Shown here in pieces: positions 37,461-50,689 of a stretch of DNA of 64,000 nucleotides. Source of the DNA: Felis catus (Eukaryota); contig NC_058368.1 of the NCBI RefSeq assembly GCF_018350175.1, forward strand, positions 177,694,001 to 177,758,000, given 5' to 3'. Within the stretch, counting starts at the first letter, position 1. Each line of letters starts with the position of its first letter. Made by a program: the position numbers and the translations under genes. The notes beneath the pieces are model-generated. The model had not been told where the DNA came from, ran no database searches, and saw nothing but the letters and a program-made list of their open reading frames with translations.

Positions 37461-37672
37461 CTTTCTTTACTTTTAAGCTTATTTATTTATTTTGAGAGAG
37501 AGAGAGCACAACTGGGGTAGGGGCAGAGAGAGAGAGAGAGAGAAAGAGAATTCCAAGCAGCCCTCGCACTGACACAGTGCAGAGCCCAGCTCGAACTCAC
37601 GAACCATGAGATCGTGACCTGAGCCAAAATCAAGAGTCCGATGCTTAACCAACTGAGCCACCCAGGCTCCCC
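37461..37672 (-). mobile_element. Can-SINE with TSD
   Basis: TSD TAAAATGCCCTTT on both sides. Confidence 0.92.
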
Positions 37673-40600
37673 TAAAATGCCCTTTAGATGTGGAGGCAGA
37701 TGAATGCAGGAGCCCCGTAGCTTGCGGGAGAGGATGGGGATGGAAAGAGAATTCCTGGGAGTTCTGTCAGGCACACTGGTTTCCTAAGCCTACTGGGATC
37801 TGGGTTCACAGTCAATATTCAGGTTGTAACCCTACCAGCTGAAGACCTGAACCAGACCTGCCATGACTGTTGGGTTGTCTCTTCGCTGAGTTCAGCTGTG
37901 TTGTCGGAAGAGTGCTAGCCTTACAGAGTACAGCAGAGGGCGCTGTGAAACTAAACTGCTCCTAAGTCCCAGCGAAGGATTATGATGCACAAGGTCAATT
38001 TCAGCTTTTAGCATATTAAAATAATTAAGAAAGAGTCTGTACCATATCTTAACTTGTAACCTAAAACAAATCCAGACTCTGTAATATTCTACCTTGAAAT
38101 AGCACTAAATTTGTCCTGCAATACAAATAATGCAATTAACAAATAACAAATGGATGACTTAAGTGATACAGTTTATGATTTACAAGCTTTCTTTAAATTT
38201 ACAATGAGTAGCAAAGTGTTAGTGTTTCAGGAAGGATGTATTTATGCCTAATTATAGGCAGAGTAAAATTCTGGTGAAGTATTCTTTAAACAAGAGTTAC
38301 GAATAGATAAAATACAGATACTAATTGCAGTAAATGTGTTCATTGGCAAGTGATACTAGCAACTTTTCCCTCCTTCCCTAGCCAGGTGTGAAGTACTTCT
38401 GATGATACATATTCTATGTGGATGTAAATGACATTAAACCAAAGGAAAACAAAGGGAAAAAGTAGTAAATACATGTGCAATTCAAAATTTACAAATAAAT
38501 ATCTCTTCATTCACTTTGCAGCTTTCGGTAGGATTAAATGAGATAGCCTGCTAGTCTTTGTAAAACACTTAGCACAGAGCCTGGCACAACGTAGGCAGTC
38601 AATAAATGCTAGTTCTTTTCTTCCTTTGTTCCCTTTATTGAATTCTCTTCTCAATTTACTTCTTATAAAAATATTGTGTTTCCCACATAGATTAGTAACA
38701 TTAAATATCATTCTCTGTTATTGATTTGGGATGTTAGGAATGCAAAAGATAAAATGCAGGGGCTCATGGCAGATAGAAAGTAAACTTACAACTGAGAAAT
38801 CACTCTGTGGGTTTGTTGTTGTTGCTATTTGCTTTTGATAATGTGCAATTATAGAAATTTACAAAGATCCTTTTAAGTGGGCGATGTCCTGCTTTCAGAG
38901 CCAGTTTGCTCAGGCATAGATCAACTCAGAGACTGACTGTCGCCTTGCTATTGAATTCGAGCTATACTTTTGACAAGTATGGCAGCCACATCATCGCTTT
39001 AATCACCCAATAATCCACTGTGTCTCTTTATGCTAATAAATAAAACATCCTTCGTTAAATATTTCCTAGTAAGCAATAGCCGACCTGTAATCTCCACCCC
39101 TATATGTTACAAAGTAAAATGATCTAACAGTAATAAAATCAAATCAAATCATGTCTAGGAGTTTTATAGACAACTAATAGCTGCGATTGCAAAGTGCACA
39201 TCAGATACCAATTGAAGGGTACTTTTCTCTTTAATATAATGTACTATGCATATTTCACTAACTGTCTCATGATATCAAATGAATTTAACAAGATGATTCT
39301 GTAGGTCAAATTACTTAGTAAGTTCTTTTAAGAATGGCTTTTAGACCTATTATGACTTTTAATGGTGCAATTTGTTAAATGATTGGAATTTCTAGAATCC
39401 TGCCTGCAAGTGCCTGTCAGAGACACTTGCTCTGCCCTGGTGATCTATTTTTAAAACCTACTTCTCGCTTGTGGCAATTGAAACAAAAACGACCACCGAA
39501 GAGCGACTTCTCAAAGCTCATTCCTCATTTTCAATTATTTAAACTACTTTATCGCCAAATTGTAATTTGAATATTCTACTTTCAGATAGCCTTCTGACCA
39601 AATTTCTTTTAACTTGGTATGAAGATGTCCTGAGAGTTCTTTTTTTCCTCCCAAATATTTAAACATGACCCTGCTTAATTTATCTTAGGAACTATATACA
39701 AAATAGGTTTCGCCAGAGCTTAAACTTTTAAAAATGGTAGGTAATTCTTTAATTGTACACCTGTGTTGGTAAATTTAAGGGAAAAGCTAATGAAATGTGA
39801 TTGAAATTTTCGGTCTTTGCACATGGAGCTGTCTACATTGTTTTTCAGTCTTTTGTAGGTATTTCAATTCAGTTTAAGAAAGCCTACTATTCAATCTAAG
39901 TCTTGAAAAATGCCCATTGAAAGATCACATATATTCCATATGTTTAAAAGCCATTTTATAAAGTATTTGAAAATGACTTCATGTAATAATTAGTCCCAGA
40001 AGTCAACTTCCTTTAAAAACTAATCTTTTGTCTTTGGTTTCTCCCCACTTTACATCGAGATTCCTCTAAAACCCCAAAGAGCCTTAAAATCTTAGTGTTT
40101 CTTGGTAATGCTGATCAGTAACAGAAGGCTCCACATCCCAAAGTTTGCCATTCTTCTTACTGTAGAGCAGAGAACATTCTGGAGCAGAAGTTCCAGGTAC
40201 AGTTGGAGGACAGTGGTTCTGTTCTTTCTCCACCCCCGGGCTCACAAGATGACCCTGGATGAGAATCCCTTGGCCCCACGGAACCCATGGTCACAGCTTG
40301 GAAATGAGGCTAACAACTCTTGATTCCTACTCCTTGGGGTAGTTATAAGGCTTAATGAGCTCATTGTGCACATTCTCATTTTCTCTTTCATGCCTTCAGT
40401 GAGTCCTAGGTAGGGGGCAGAGTCAAAGCGGAATATGGAAGTCTGCTTGTATGTCTGGGTGAAAGTCACTATAGAACAGTGTTATTTAATTTTTCTACTT
40501 CTTCCAGTTCAATGGATGCAACATTCGCAATCCTCTCTAAGCCCATCAACCACAAAAACTTAATTAGATATTATATCTCCTTGGTTTAAAATAGTATTTA

Positions 40601-43600
40601 ATTTTACATAATGTGTTCAGCCAAAATATTAGGATTCCCTAAACAGAAATGTTCCCTCTATTTTTTCCCCTCGGGCTTTTATTTCAATTTTTTTGTAGCT
40701 TTTAAAAAAATTATTCTCCTTAAAGTATGATTTCGGCAGTTTCCCTCTGTGAAACATCACTAACTCCCCCGCTACCGCTACTTAATTGAAGATGTAACCC
40801 CCACTTAGTGACTGTGCAGCCTCCCAGATACCAAGTGTGGCAACGAGTAAACATTAACATTCCCGTTAAATGCACACTGCCTCTTATTCCTTTCCCCCCA
40901 CAAATTGTCTTCCTGCTCCTCCGAGTGTCATCTAAAGTGAGATTATATTAACTGTGCCTTATATGGGGCTTCGAGCACTGGAGTTGAAATTAATGGGCAA
41001 ATATCCCGTTCACTTACAGAGTAAATGAACACTCCATCTTTGGGCCATACCCAGGTGTTACCGACAGGCGCAGGGCGAAGGGGGCACATCCAACAAAGAA
41101 CGCCACACGACGGGCCACATTAGCATCCTTTCCTTGCTTGATGGACAGAAAATAAAATTAAAGCAAATTTCAAAATGGATACATAGCCCTCAGAACACAA
41201 CATCTCGGGCTGTATTGAATCCAGCCAAGACTGCTCTTTTAAATGATCTCTCCCAAATATGTTGGCGCTCTGTTTCAGTCCCCGGGAGTCTTGGTATTCA
41301 GCCCGTTTGCTTTTCTGTTCCAAGACACCTCAGTTCCATCTGTGGGGTGAACACTGAGACCAGTGTAACAGGACCCCCAAGCTCCGTGGCGGATATCTGG
41401 CCTCCAACCCAAATGACTCGAAACAGGGCCAAATTCAGGTGGAGACTTCGTTGGTTCGGAAGTAGTTGGTTCTCCTTCCTTGCGGTTGACATTGAGGACT
41501 CCCTAAAGAAGCGTTTGTTTCCCAAATGACAGCAGAGGGCACTAGAGTCTACTGCACGGGGACTAAGGCTGTCTCTCACCACCCTCACCACAATTGTGTG
41601 ACACCAAGGTCAGGAGCATCTCCACTAAAAAAAAAAAAAAAAAGACCCCACCCTACCCCACCCCCGCCCCACGGCCGATTATTCTGTTTTCTCTGTGCTG
41701 TGGGAGAGCCTTTCAGTGGGGACACACTGCTTATGCTCTGATCCGCATGGAGGTGTCTCCAGTGCGCATGTCCCCATTAGCATCGACAGGTTTGTGTACA
41801 TAAATGCACATGTATCATTTTTTTAATCAAAACTAGAAGGGAAAATTATTACATAACAACAACCTCAATTCTACGGAGAGACCTGTCCCGGTGATCCTAA
41901 GGGGCTTTGTGAACATCTGCTCAGCATCAGTCCCCAACGAAGAAATTATTCTTATGCTCATTTGAAAGACAGGTAAACTAACGGTCAGACTGTTACAGAT
42001 GACAAAAGCAGTCTCCATCAGCGAAATAATAAAGCTTGGAAGCGTAGTTAGCCAAGGCTTTCAGAGTCAGACAAGCATTCATTTGTTATTCCAAATAGCA
42101 TTTAAGGCTGACATTAGTTATGAAGGCCAAAAACCATGGTTAAAAGGCCTCTTCTTTCCTGGAGCACCTGGGAAGCTTCCAGGCCATTAACCGTGCTCAG
42201 CGGCAGCCCCGTTTATTCAGAAAGCATTTGTTACCAAGGAAGACTAGGAAATGAGTCAGATCGCTTCCTGGCCCATCAAAATGTGGGAGATGGATCTAGT
42301 TGTGTCCCAAGCATGGAAATTCTATCTTTATCAGAGGGACCATCCCAGGGCTCCTAAGGGGGCAGTCTGTCCTGGGGTTTCCTCTTATAGAAGGGTCTGG
42401 AACGGATTAATTTTAGGATAAGGCTCTTGTCTGCTTTCTTCATTTGTTGTTCCTTTGCGATCCTTTGAGGGGCTCAAGGTTTCACCATTTTGCAAACTCG
42501 GGTTTATAAGACATATAACCGTTTCTCTAGTTGCCATACAACCAAGGCAACTCTGCTTCTCTCACGAGCACACCGTTCGGCCATGCGGTGGAAAGGTTAT
42601 CTCAGTCAGGTCACTGTTTCCCTGGGTTGCTCTCAGTTCTGGGGGCTACAGGGCAACAAGGCAAGCCCGACAGTTGTCCTCAGCCACTGTCTGCCTGCTG
42701 GCACTCAGGTGATGACCAGGATCCAACCTCGGTCCGGTGTTTGTGATGGATGCTGCCATACTGTCATTCTCTTCCAGACTGCCCCCACCTGGGGAATCCG
42801 GGAGTCGTTTTACATCGTCCCTGTGCCCTCTGAGGTGCAGGCCACTCTGGGAGGGGGTCGCAGGCCCATCTGTCTAACTTCACAGCCATTTCTGCCATGA
42901 ATGTACTTTCTCTGCACGTTGAGAGGGAAGCAGGGCCCAGGCTTCCCCTGGGACAGATTTCTCACAGCGTTCTGGGTTTTCTGCTGTTCCCTTAAGTCTC
43001 AACTTCCTTTTGCTCACTCCTCCTTCAGCCTAGAAACTTCAGCCAGCTTTGCTCTGTGGACTCATTATCTCCCTTCTCAAATCCACTGCTCAGGCCCACA
43101 GTCCCACAGAGCTTAGGCTTTAAAACACAAAAGATTTTTCTCATCCTACTGTGATATCCCTTCCCTCAGGCAAAGATGCCACCTGGTCTTATTCTGCTCT
43201 CGACTGAATGAGGGAAGGGGTGGGGAGAGCAGGGGTCCAAGGAAATACAGAGAAGAAAAAAGATCAGTTGAAAATCCAAAATACTATTTTTGCCCATATG
43301 CAATAAAAACCATCATAAAATATAAACAGAGAATCAGGGACAAAGAACATGTAATAGAGGTAGAAAATCAAGTCCAGAGGGAAAAATCATTTAACCTACC
43401 ACTCATGTGGCTAACCTATAATTGAGCTTAGAATTTGCCTTTGAGCTTCCTGGCAGCCAAAGGGAAAATATAATAAGGAGACACAGTCACTTTACACACT
43501 TGTTTTCAAAGCAGAGAAAATGTACAAACTCGTCAAGAGTAATAAAAGGGCTTTCTTTTCCTCTGAATTTCAAAAGACTTGTCACTTGGGACCTTACAAT

Positions 43601-43784
43601 GGCAGCCCCAGGGGAGAGATGAAGAAGTTGACATCAGGGCATCCAGGAATGAGCTGCAGGCTTTTCTGTAGTCCTGGTCCCTCCAGACCACAAGTTTGAA
43701 ATCAGAGCAGAAAGGTTGCTGGGCTGGCTTGGCATCCTATTGACTAGCTTCCTTGCTTGCTTTCTCTCCTCACCTCCCCCAACC

Positions 43785-43818
<34 letters not shown>

Positions 43819-44591
43819 AAAGTAGTAAATATTTGGAATTGATTTAAAAAATACAGGGGAAAAGAAAAGAAAATTAAAACACCAAGAAAGAGTACAAGTA
43901 GTGAACATTCTGTCGCCCTCCTTCCCTGTGTCCCGTTCCCAGCTGCCTTTTCCACAGCAGTCTTGTACCTAGCCCCTCCTTCCTTCCAGGGTCAGTCTAG
44001 GCCTGTGTGAAGAAAATTTAGCCTTTCTCATCTTTTTTTTTTTTTTTTTACACAAATGTAAGTTAGCACGCACCTCATTCTGTACTTGCTTTTTCACTCA
44101 GCAATCTATCTGGAGATAGTTAACTACCAGCCCATTTTTTTAATAGTTGCAGAGTATTCAATGATGTCATCATTCTCGATGCTATTGAGTCTGTTCCCTA
44201 TTGATATTTATTTAGATTATTTACAATCGATTGCTTTTTTAAATGGTGCTGCAATGGAATTACCTCATGTGTACTTTTTTGAAACATAGAAGTGTTATCT
44301 ATTGGATAAAGACCTCTTTGTGGAAGCATCCAGTTAAAGGAACGGGCATTTGACATTAGTAAAGACATCGTCAAATGGGACTGCAGAAAGGTTGAACAAT
44401 TAACACTCTTGCCAGCAGTATACGAGAGTGCCTGTTTCCCCTACTCTTGCCAACATAGCGGATCATCAACATTTTTTGCCTCGGCCAATTGGATAATATT
44501 GTTTTTCTTGATTGTTGGCACCGGCCATTTATCGAGGAGGAAAATTACGTGGAGGGATGCTCGACGGTCAGGATCATCTAAATTATATAGA

Positions 44592-44759
44592 CAGGACTGG
44601 CTACATCAAGTGTGGGTCCACCGCACAATGAAAATGTGGAGCCTCCTGTTGAAAAATTGAGAATTCCAAGATGGCACCAGTCAAGCACGGAACCAAGTGG
44701 GGGTCTCTCCCAAGTGCGGGGCAACTGCACAGCTTGCAAGCCCAATGAAGCTGGCTCTG
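44592..44759. mobile_element. MER45A-like hAT element
   Basis: CAGGACTGGCT...AGCTGGCTCTG terminal inverted repeats, internal AATGAAAATGTGG. Confidence 0.65.
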
Positions 44760-45054
44760 CCAACAGGGAAAAAGAGAACAACGGGATGCCAAGAAATCAT
44801 TAATAGTGACAAGCCCGAGAGGTCCATCAGAGCAGTAAATCAAAAATGAAAAAGGAAATATCAAACTGCTCTTGGGCACAACCTAGAGCTTCACAGACGT
44901 GGCTATGTTTATGTTAACAGACATCAGATCAGACACGTGTTGTTTTGGCATCTCAGGAGATACAGCCTATACACCAAAAATTATTAGTTACATCCTATGA
45001 ACTTGCTCTGGTTAGAGGTGGTAGTTTCATAGGGTTCTGTGTAGGGAACCCCAT

Positions 45055-45480
45055 GTTGCTATGTTCAGGATCCCCTGAAAGTAGACTATAAGACAAGGAT
45101 AGGGGTACAAGTAATTGTTTGGCGGTCGTCCCAGGAGACGATGGCAAGAGAGTAGGGAGGTGAGACAGGAAGGGAAGTCAGCCAATGAAAGGTGTTTTTC
45201 CACGCTAGTTCCCACCGTGGCAAGTGGAGTTCAGTGTCACTGGGGACCTCTAGAAGATCAGAGAATACACCTCTCAAGCCAGGGCCAGCGCCCTAATCCG
45301 TCAGTGCCCTGCCCGTTATTGGCGGAAGGCAATAAGCAGTACCTGGCCGCTTCCGGGGGCAACTGAGCTCATGCTCCCACGGCCAGGGTAAAAGCCCACA
45401 GGCTGCAAGGCACAGCTGTGGACCACAAGGAGAAGGGTGATGTAACAGAGCTGTTGGTGTCCTCGTGCCCACATCCAGTG
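45055..45480 (-). mobile_element. LTR16-like ERV-L solo LTR
   Basis: AGAC..AGACAAGGAT...GTGAGACAGGAAGGGAAG..GCCAAT pattern, similar to the LTR at 24300. Confidence 0.55.
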
Positions 45481-48400
45481 CCCTCAGCACTCACCTCCCT
45501 GTGCCCTTAACGGCAGCCACTACAAGTCAGCCACCATGGGTACAGATGAGCTCACACGGGTGGTAGCCTTCACATCAGCAGTGATACAGAGGACAGAAGC
45601 GATGTGTCGTAGTCATCAGGGTAAGCATCCTCTTGCTCGGTTGGCTCCTGAAAGTAAGTTTGTGGCAAACACAGTCTGAGCTGCCTTATGAATGGAAGAC
45701 TCGGGATGTGCTGGCTGCTGGCCGAGGGTGGTGGACGCCTGTGCTGGGGCCGGGGGCTGGGGGGGCAGCCATACACAGGAGCGAGGAAGGAAGGAGCAGC
45801 CTGGAGTCTTTGCCAGATCGCTCGTGCAATAGTTTGCAAGTTGGCCATATATTACACACAATGAGGACTCTCCCCCTTCTAACAGTTTCTCTGTTGAGAC
45901 AGAACGCTTGCGGTCTCCCACTAACTCAACGCTCCTGTTTCCGAGAGCTAGTCAACTGACCTCTCCGTGACTAATCCACCCTTAATAACAGCCTTTCCAT
46001 CCCCTCCTAGGTACCTGCAGGCTCATTCGGGAGAACTGTGTCATCCGCCAGAGCTCCTGCAGTTCCCCAAAGGCCCACTTTTGGCGGAGGCGAGAAATTC
46101 TTTGTCTTTGTCCTTAAAGGAAGGATTGGATGCTGAAATTCTATGTCAATGGTGATCGCTTTGTTTCCATTGGAAAAATCTTCCAAGGGACCTTTGATCA
46201 CTGAGCATTTTTTAAATGAATCAAGTAAGCAGTCATGCAACTCGAACATGTCAGCAAGGCTGTTTTTAAAAAAGTCTTTTCAAAGTTTGGATCGGCATCA
46301 GCCCTGTTTGTTCTAGGAGCTGAGAACTTGGGACCATTCAAGTTCTTTTCCGGAGTTATCTACGGGCTCCTTCCCTGATGGCTATCAGCTCTGAGTTGCC
46401 TGTCGCCTCTCTGGAGTCAGCTGGCGGTATCAGAGCCAAGACCGTATGAAGGAGGCCAGAGGGAGACAGACAGAGAGAACAGCGGGGCAGGCGGGCAAAT
46501 GCATCTGTGGTCTCGGGAATTTCTGCCAGAACCGACACGCTGCCGCCTTTTTTTTTTTTTTTTTTTTTTTTTCTGCTTGTCAAGAGTCTGCTTGGAAATG
46601 AGTGTGCAGACCGGCTTTCTCTTTCCTTGTTCAAAGTTCTTAATGAGGAGAGCTCGGCGATGAACCGCCCCCCACCCCCACCCCACCCGGACCCAGGCCA
46701 CCCTCAGCTCTTGCACTCAGGGCTCTGTGTCAGTGTGCCTGTGGGTGGGCTTCTCTACAAGAGTATTTGCAGAATGGCCGATTCCACCTCCAGAAGATAA
46801 TCGGCCCACTGTGCTGCAGAGTGGGGAAGTAACTTGCCCCAGGCCACAGAGCTACCAGGCAGGATGCTGGGATTTGTACGTGCCTGGCCTCGTTCCCACC
46901 CCTACCTCCCTGTCACAGGTGACTGGAGTGTCACAGGGAGGTCTGGACTGCAAATCATCCTCTGCAGTCCCCTGGTCTCTGTCACTTAGGCCTGCCACAC
47001 CTCTACTCTCGCTCCTCAGAGTTGTCTCCCTTTGGAGGAGGTTTCTGGAGCCCAGGGCCGTCTTCCCTCAACCTTCTGGGAGCCCCTCTTTCACAGCCTG
47101 AAGCTTTAGTCCTGCTTCTAGCCTCCCCTCCAGGCCCACATCCCCCTTGGCCACCAGAGGGACTTCCCTGAAGTTCAACACCCCACCGCCACCACACACA
47201 CCTTTGCATAAGGTCCTTCCATGCCTCCGCACACATGGATTGCTGTCCCAGCTCCTAGATGAGGAATTCAGCCCCTGTGCGTGGTCCCTTCCACTCCCAG
47301 TTGTCTCCACATTTTTCATGTGCTGTTCTGCCACCTTGTTCACCCCCTATTCTTGCGCAGCTTTCCCACTGAGTCAGCTTCACCTGCACGGTTAACCCAA
47401 ACCCCTGAGACAGACCCCTTCCGCGTTTCTCCTCCATGTCCCTCTGTGCCAAGTCCTCACACCTACCCCCCGCCCCATTGGTAGACATCTGCCTGCCCAC
47501 CCCCTGTGTGAGTTCCTCTGGGACAAGCAGCCTCTTATTGTAATGTCTTTAGCACCAGCCACAGGGTAGGGTCCTTAGTGGGGGAGGTGGGGGGAGTCTG
47601 TCGAACCCAGAGGTGAAGAAACCGACTTTGATATTTGTAAGATGGTAACCACACGTGGAAGGGTTCTACTGACCCCCCTCCCTTGCCAGGGAAGATTTCA
47701 GCAGCAGGTTTTGATCAAGAAACAGGACTAACACGGAGACGTCACAAACAAGGTGAAAGATGGGGAGGGCATTAGGGGTTGGAAAAAAGACAAAGGAAAC
47801 CAAACAGATTACAACTGACACCAAGTACATTTTCAAACTTCCTGCCCTAACGTTGCCTTTCTGCGCCTGACTCACCTACTTGTCCAAGGTGACCTTGGGG
47901 CCAGGCAGGGATTTCTCTGCAGGTAATCTCCCAGGCTCCTGTCCTTTCTGCCTTCTTGTCATCTGCACTGAAACTGGCCTTGTGTTTCCCACCAGTGCCC
48001 TGTCCCCACCCTGCACGCTCTGCAATGCAACTCATCCAGGGGGAGTAAACGTAGCCCAGACCTAACATGTATCTAAATTCACTCATTACTGGAAAAGCTA
48101 TTGGTGTTGATGTGTAGGGGCATCCATTTTAATTATGGAAAGGGACCTCCTTATCAATTATTTAGAGCCCACAGAAAATAATACACTGAAAATAAGAGAG
48201 AAAAATTAGCTCTGTCTTTTGTCTCCAATGTGACATGGGGGCCGTTATAGTACATGTATACCACACACCGCCCCCCCACACACACACACAGACACTGAGG
48301 TCCGCCCACCATTTTGATTCTATTCTCCAGATTCTAAGAATACTATGTTTTGAAAAGGGATAAAACAGCAGAAATTTAAATATTGGCTGTTTGAGAAAAG

Positions 48401-49499
48401 CCATTGGAAAAAGAATTGTCATGAGCTGGCATAATGGATTTCAAAGAATATTTAGTTGGAGTAACTGATACCCCTCTGAACTCAAATCAGTCTGCAGAGC
48501 TAGTCAAAACAAAGTGAAAGATTAGAGATAATTATCCAAATCATTTAGGGTAAAAATACCTTCTGAAGCATCCCAGTAATTGAGATAAGAAGGTTTCCCT
48601 GGGCATTCATCCTCCAAAGTTGCTTAGTTAAAAAGTGTTCTCACACTTTGCACATGTAATAGTCATTTTATCTTATGAATGTTTTAGGTTCAATGTATCC
48701 ACGCTGGATTCTGAAAATTGTAGGAAAATGCAGGCAATTTTTAAATCTTAAAAAAAAAATTGGGGTTTGAGACCTTAGTGAGTTCTTATAATTTTCAAGG
48801 CATGGTACCCAGCTTAAGACAAAGGCTAAGTCAGGCCCTGCTTAGTCTCACGGTTCATCTTTTGATGTCTTACCTTTTTCATGTTTCGTCATTTTTTTTT
48901 TTTAAATCTTGGTGTCCTATGTGTTTACAAAAAATAAAAATAACTTGGAGCCATATAAACTAAAAAAAAAAAAAAAAAAGGCTCTGGTGGCAGCACTATG
49001 GGTCATTTTTTTTTTTACTCTCACTACTTTTCCACATCTTAGACATTATCATAACTTTTGAATGAATTCAAAACATATTTATCTTTAAGTTTTTGCAAAT
49101 GACCATGTGATACCGTAAAAAGTGAAAGCCTCCCCCACTCCAGCATTCTTTTCTCAGCAGTAACCTGAGCAAATCCTTTCAGCCTTTGGTAATGTGCCCA
49201 TATAAGGTACACCTGCAAGCAAGTTTTTTTAACGGGGTGTCATATACATATGATTTTGCAACTAGATTGTTTTACTTAATAATGCATTGTGGACATCTTT
49301 CCATGTCAGTAGTTATCAATCTCTCTCCCATTCTTTTGATGGTTGCCTTTCATTCCATAGTATGAATGATTTTATTTTATGTGACCGATCTCTACACGAT
49401 GGACATATGATTATTCCAAGGTTTCCTTTCTCACAGCCACTGCTGTGAGGAACAAGCAGGTACATGTAGCTTTGGACATTTATGCTAGTATTCCTAAAA

Positions 49500-49935
49500 T
49501 GTCTTTTTAAAAAAATTTGAGGTGAAATTCACATGACATTTAATTAACTCTTTTAATGTGTACAATTCACCGTGGCGTTGAGTGTATTCGCAATGTGGTG
49601 AAACCACCACCTCTCTAGTTTTGGAACTTTTTCATCCCCCCAGAGAGACACTCCAAACCCACTAATTAATCACTGATAATTCTCCCCTCCCCCTGCACCT
49701 GACAACCACCCATCTCTCTTCTGTCTCTATGGATTTACCTTGTCTGGACATTTCATATAAATAGAATCATACAATATGAGACCTTTTGCCTGACTTCTTT
49801 CACTTAGCAGAATGTTTTGGAGGTTCATCTGGGTTGTCGGATGTATGGATACTTCCTTCCTTTTAATCAGCTGGATAATATTCCATTGTGAGCACAGACC
49901 ACAATTTGTTTATCCATTCATCCACTGAAGGACAA
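49500..49935 (-). mobile_element. L1MB-like 3' end
   Basis: TCTGTCTCTATGGATTTACCT..TGGACATTTCATATAAAT..CTTCTTTCACTTAGCA. Confidence 0.75.
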
Positions 49936-50483
49936 AAACCCCATCGCAGAGGGAACAGCTGGGAAGAACCAGGGATTCAGGGGAGCCTCAGACATTGGCA
50001 CTGGTCTCAGACGTTGTGTCTTTTTCTTGAAGGAGCCTAGGCTGTCTTTCAACAGATCCCAGAGAACTTGTGTCCAAGAACTTTTGTTAGTTTTGTTTTT
50101 TGTTCTTCTCTTTTATCCAAGAGTAAGATAAAAGAATCATTGGCCTGCAAGTGCCTTATCATGGTGGAGTTCTCAAATTGGAAAGAATTTTAGGAAAGTA
50201 ACAGGCTGGATCAACTTTTTATTATGCACGCTAGGAAAGAACCCTACAAGGGATTCCCGCTTCTCCTAGACCAGGCCCTCAGGGGCTGGAAAAGAGGGCA
50301 CTGATAATAGCCTCTTACACTCCAGCCAGGGTTGTGTGGGGTTGGTGGCGGGGAGGGGGGGTGACTTTCTACAATCCAACAAAATATATTTATCTAAGGT
50401 CAGTATTTCTCCTGAACACTACAAATGGAAGTTGTAGTCCTCTCTCCTTCTCACTTCATTTTTTCGCTGGTCCCTTAAATCTT

Positions 50484-50689
50484 AAAAAAAAAAAATTATT
50501 CTTTATTTTTGAGAGAGAGAGAGAATGAGAGCAGGGGAGGAACAGAAAGAGAGGGAGACAGAATCCAAGCAGGATCCAGGTCCCAAGCTGTAGGCACAAA
50601 GTCTGATGCAGGGTTTGAAGTCATGAACCGAGAGATCATGACCTGAGCCGAAGCCGAACGCTTAACTGACTGAGCTACCCAGGCGCCCC
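50484..50689 (-). mobile_element. Felid SINE
   Basis: TSD-like TAAATCTT; the only Can-SINE I found beyond 37.7 kb. Confidence 0.92.
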
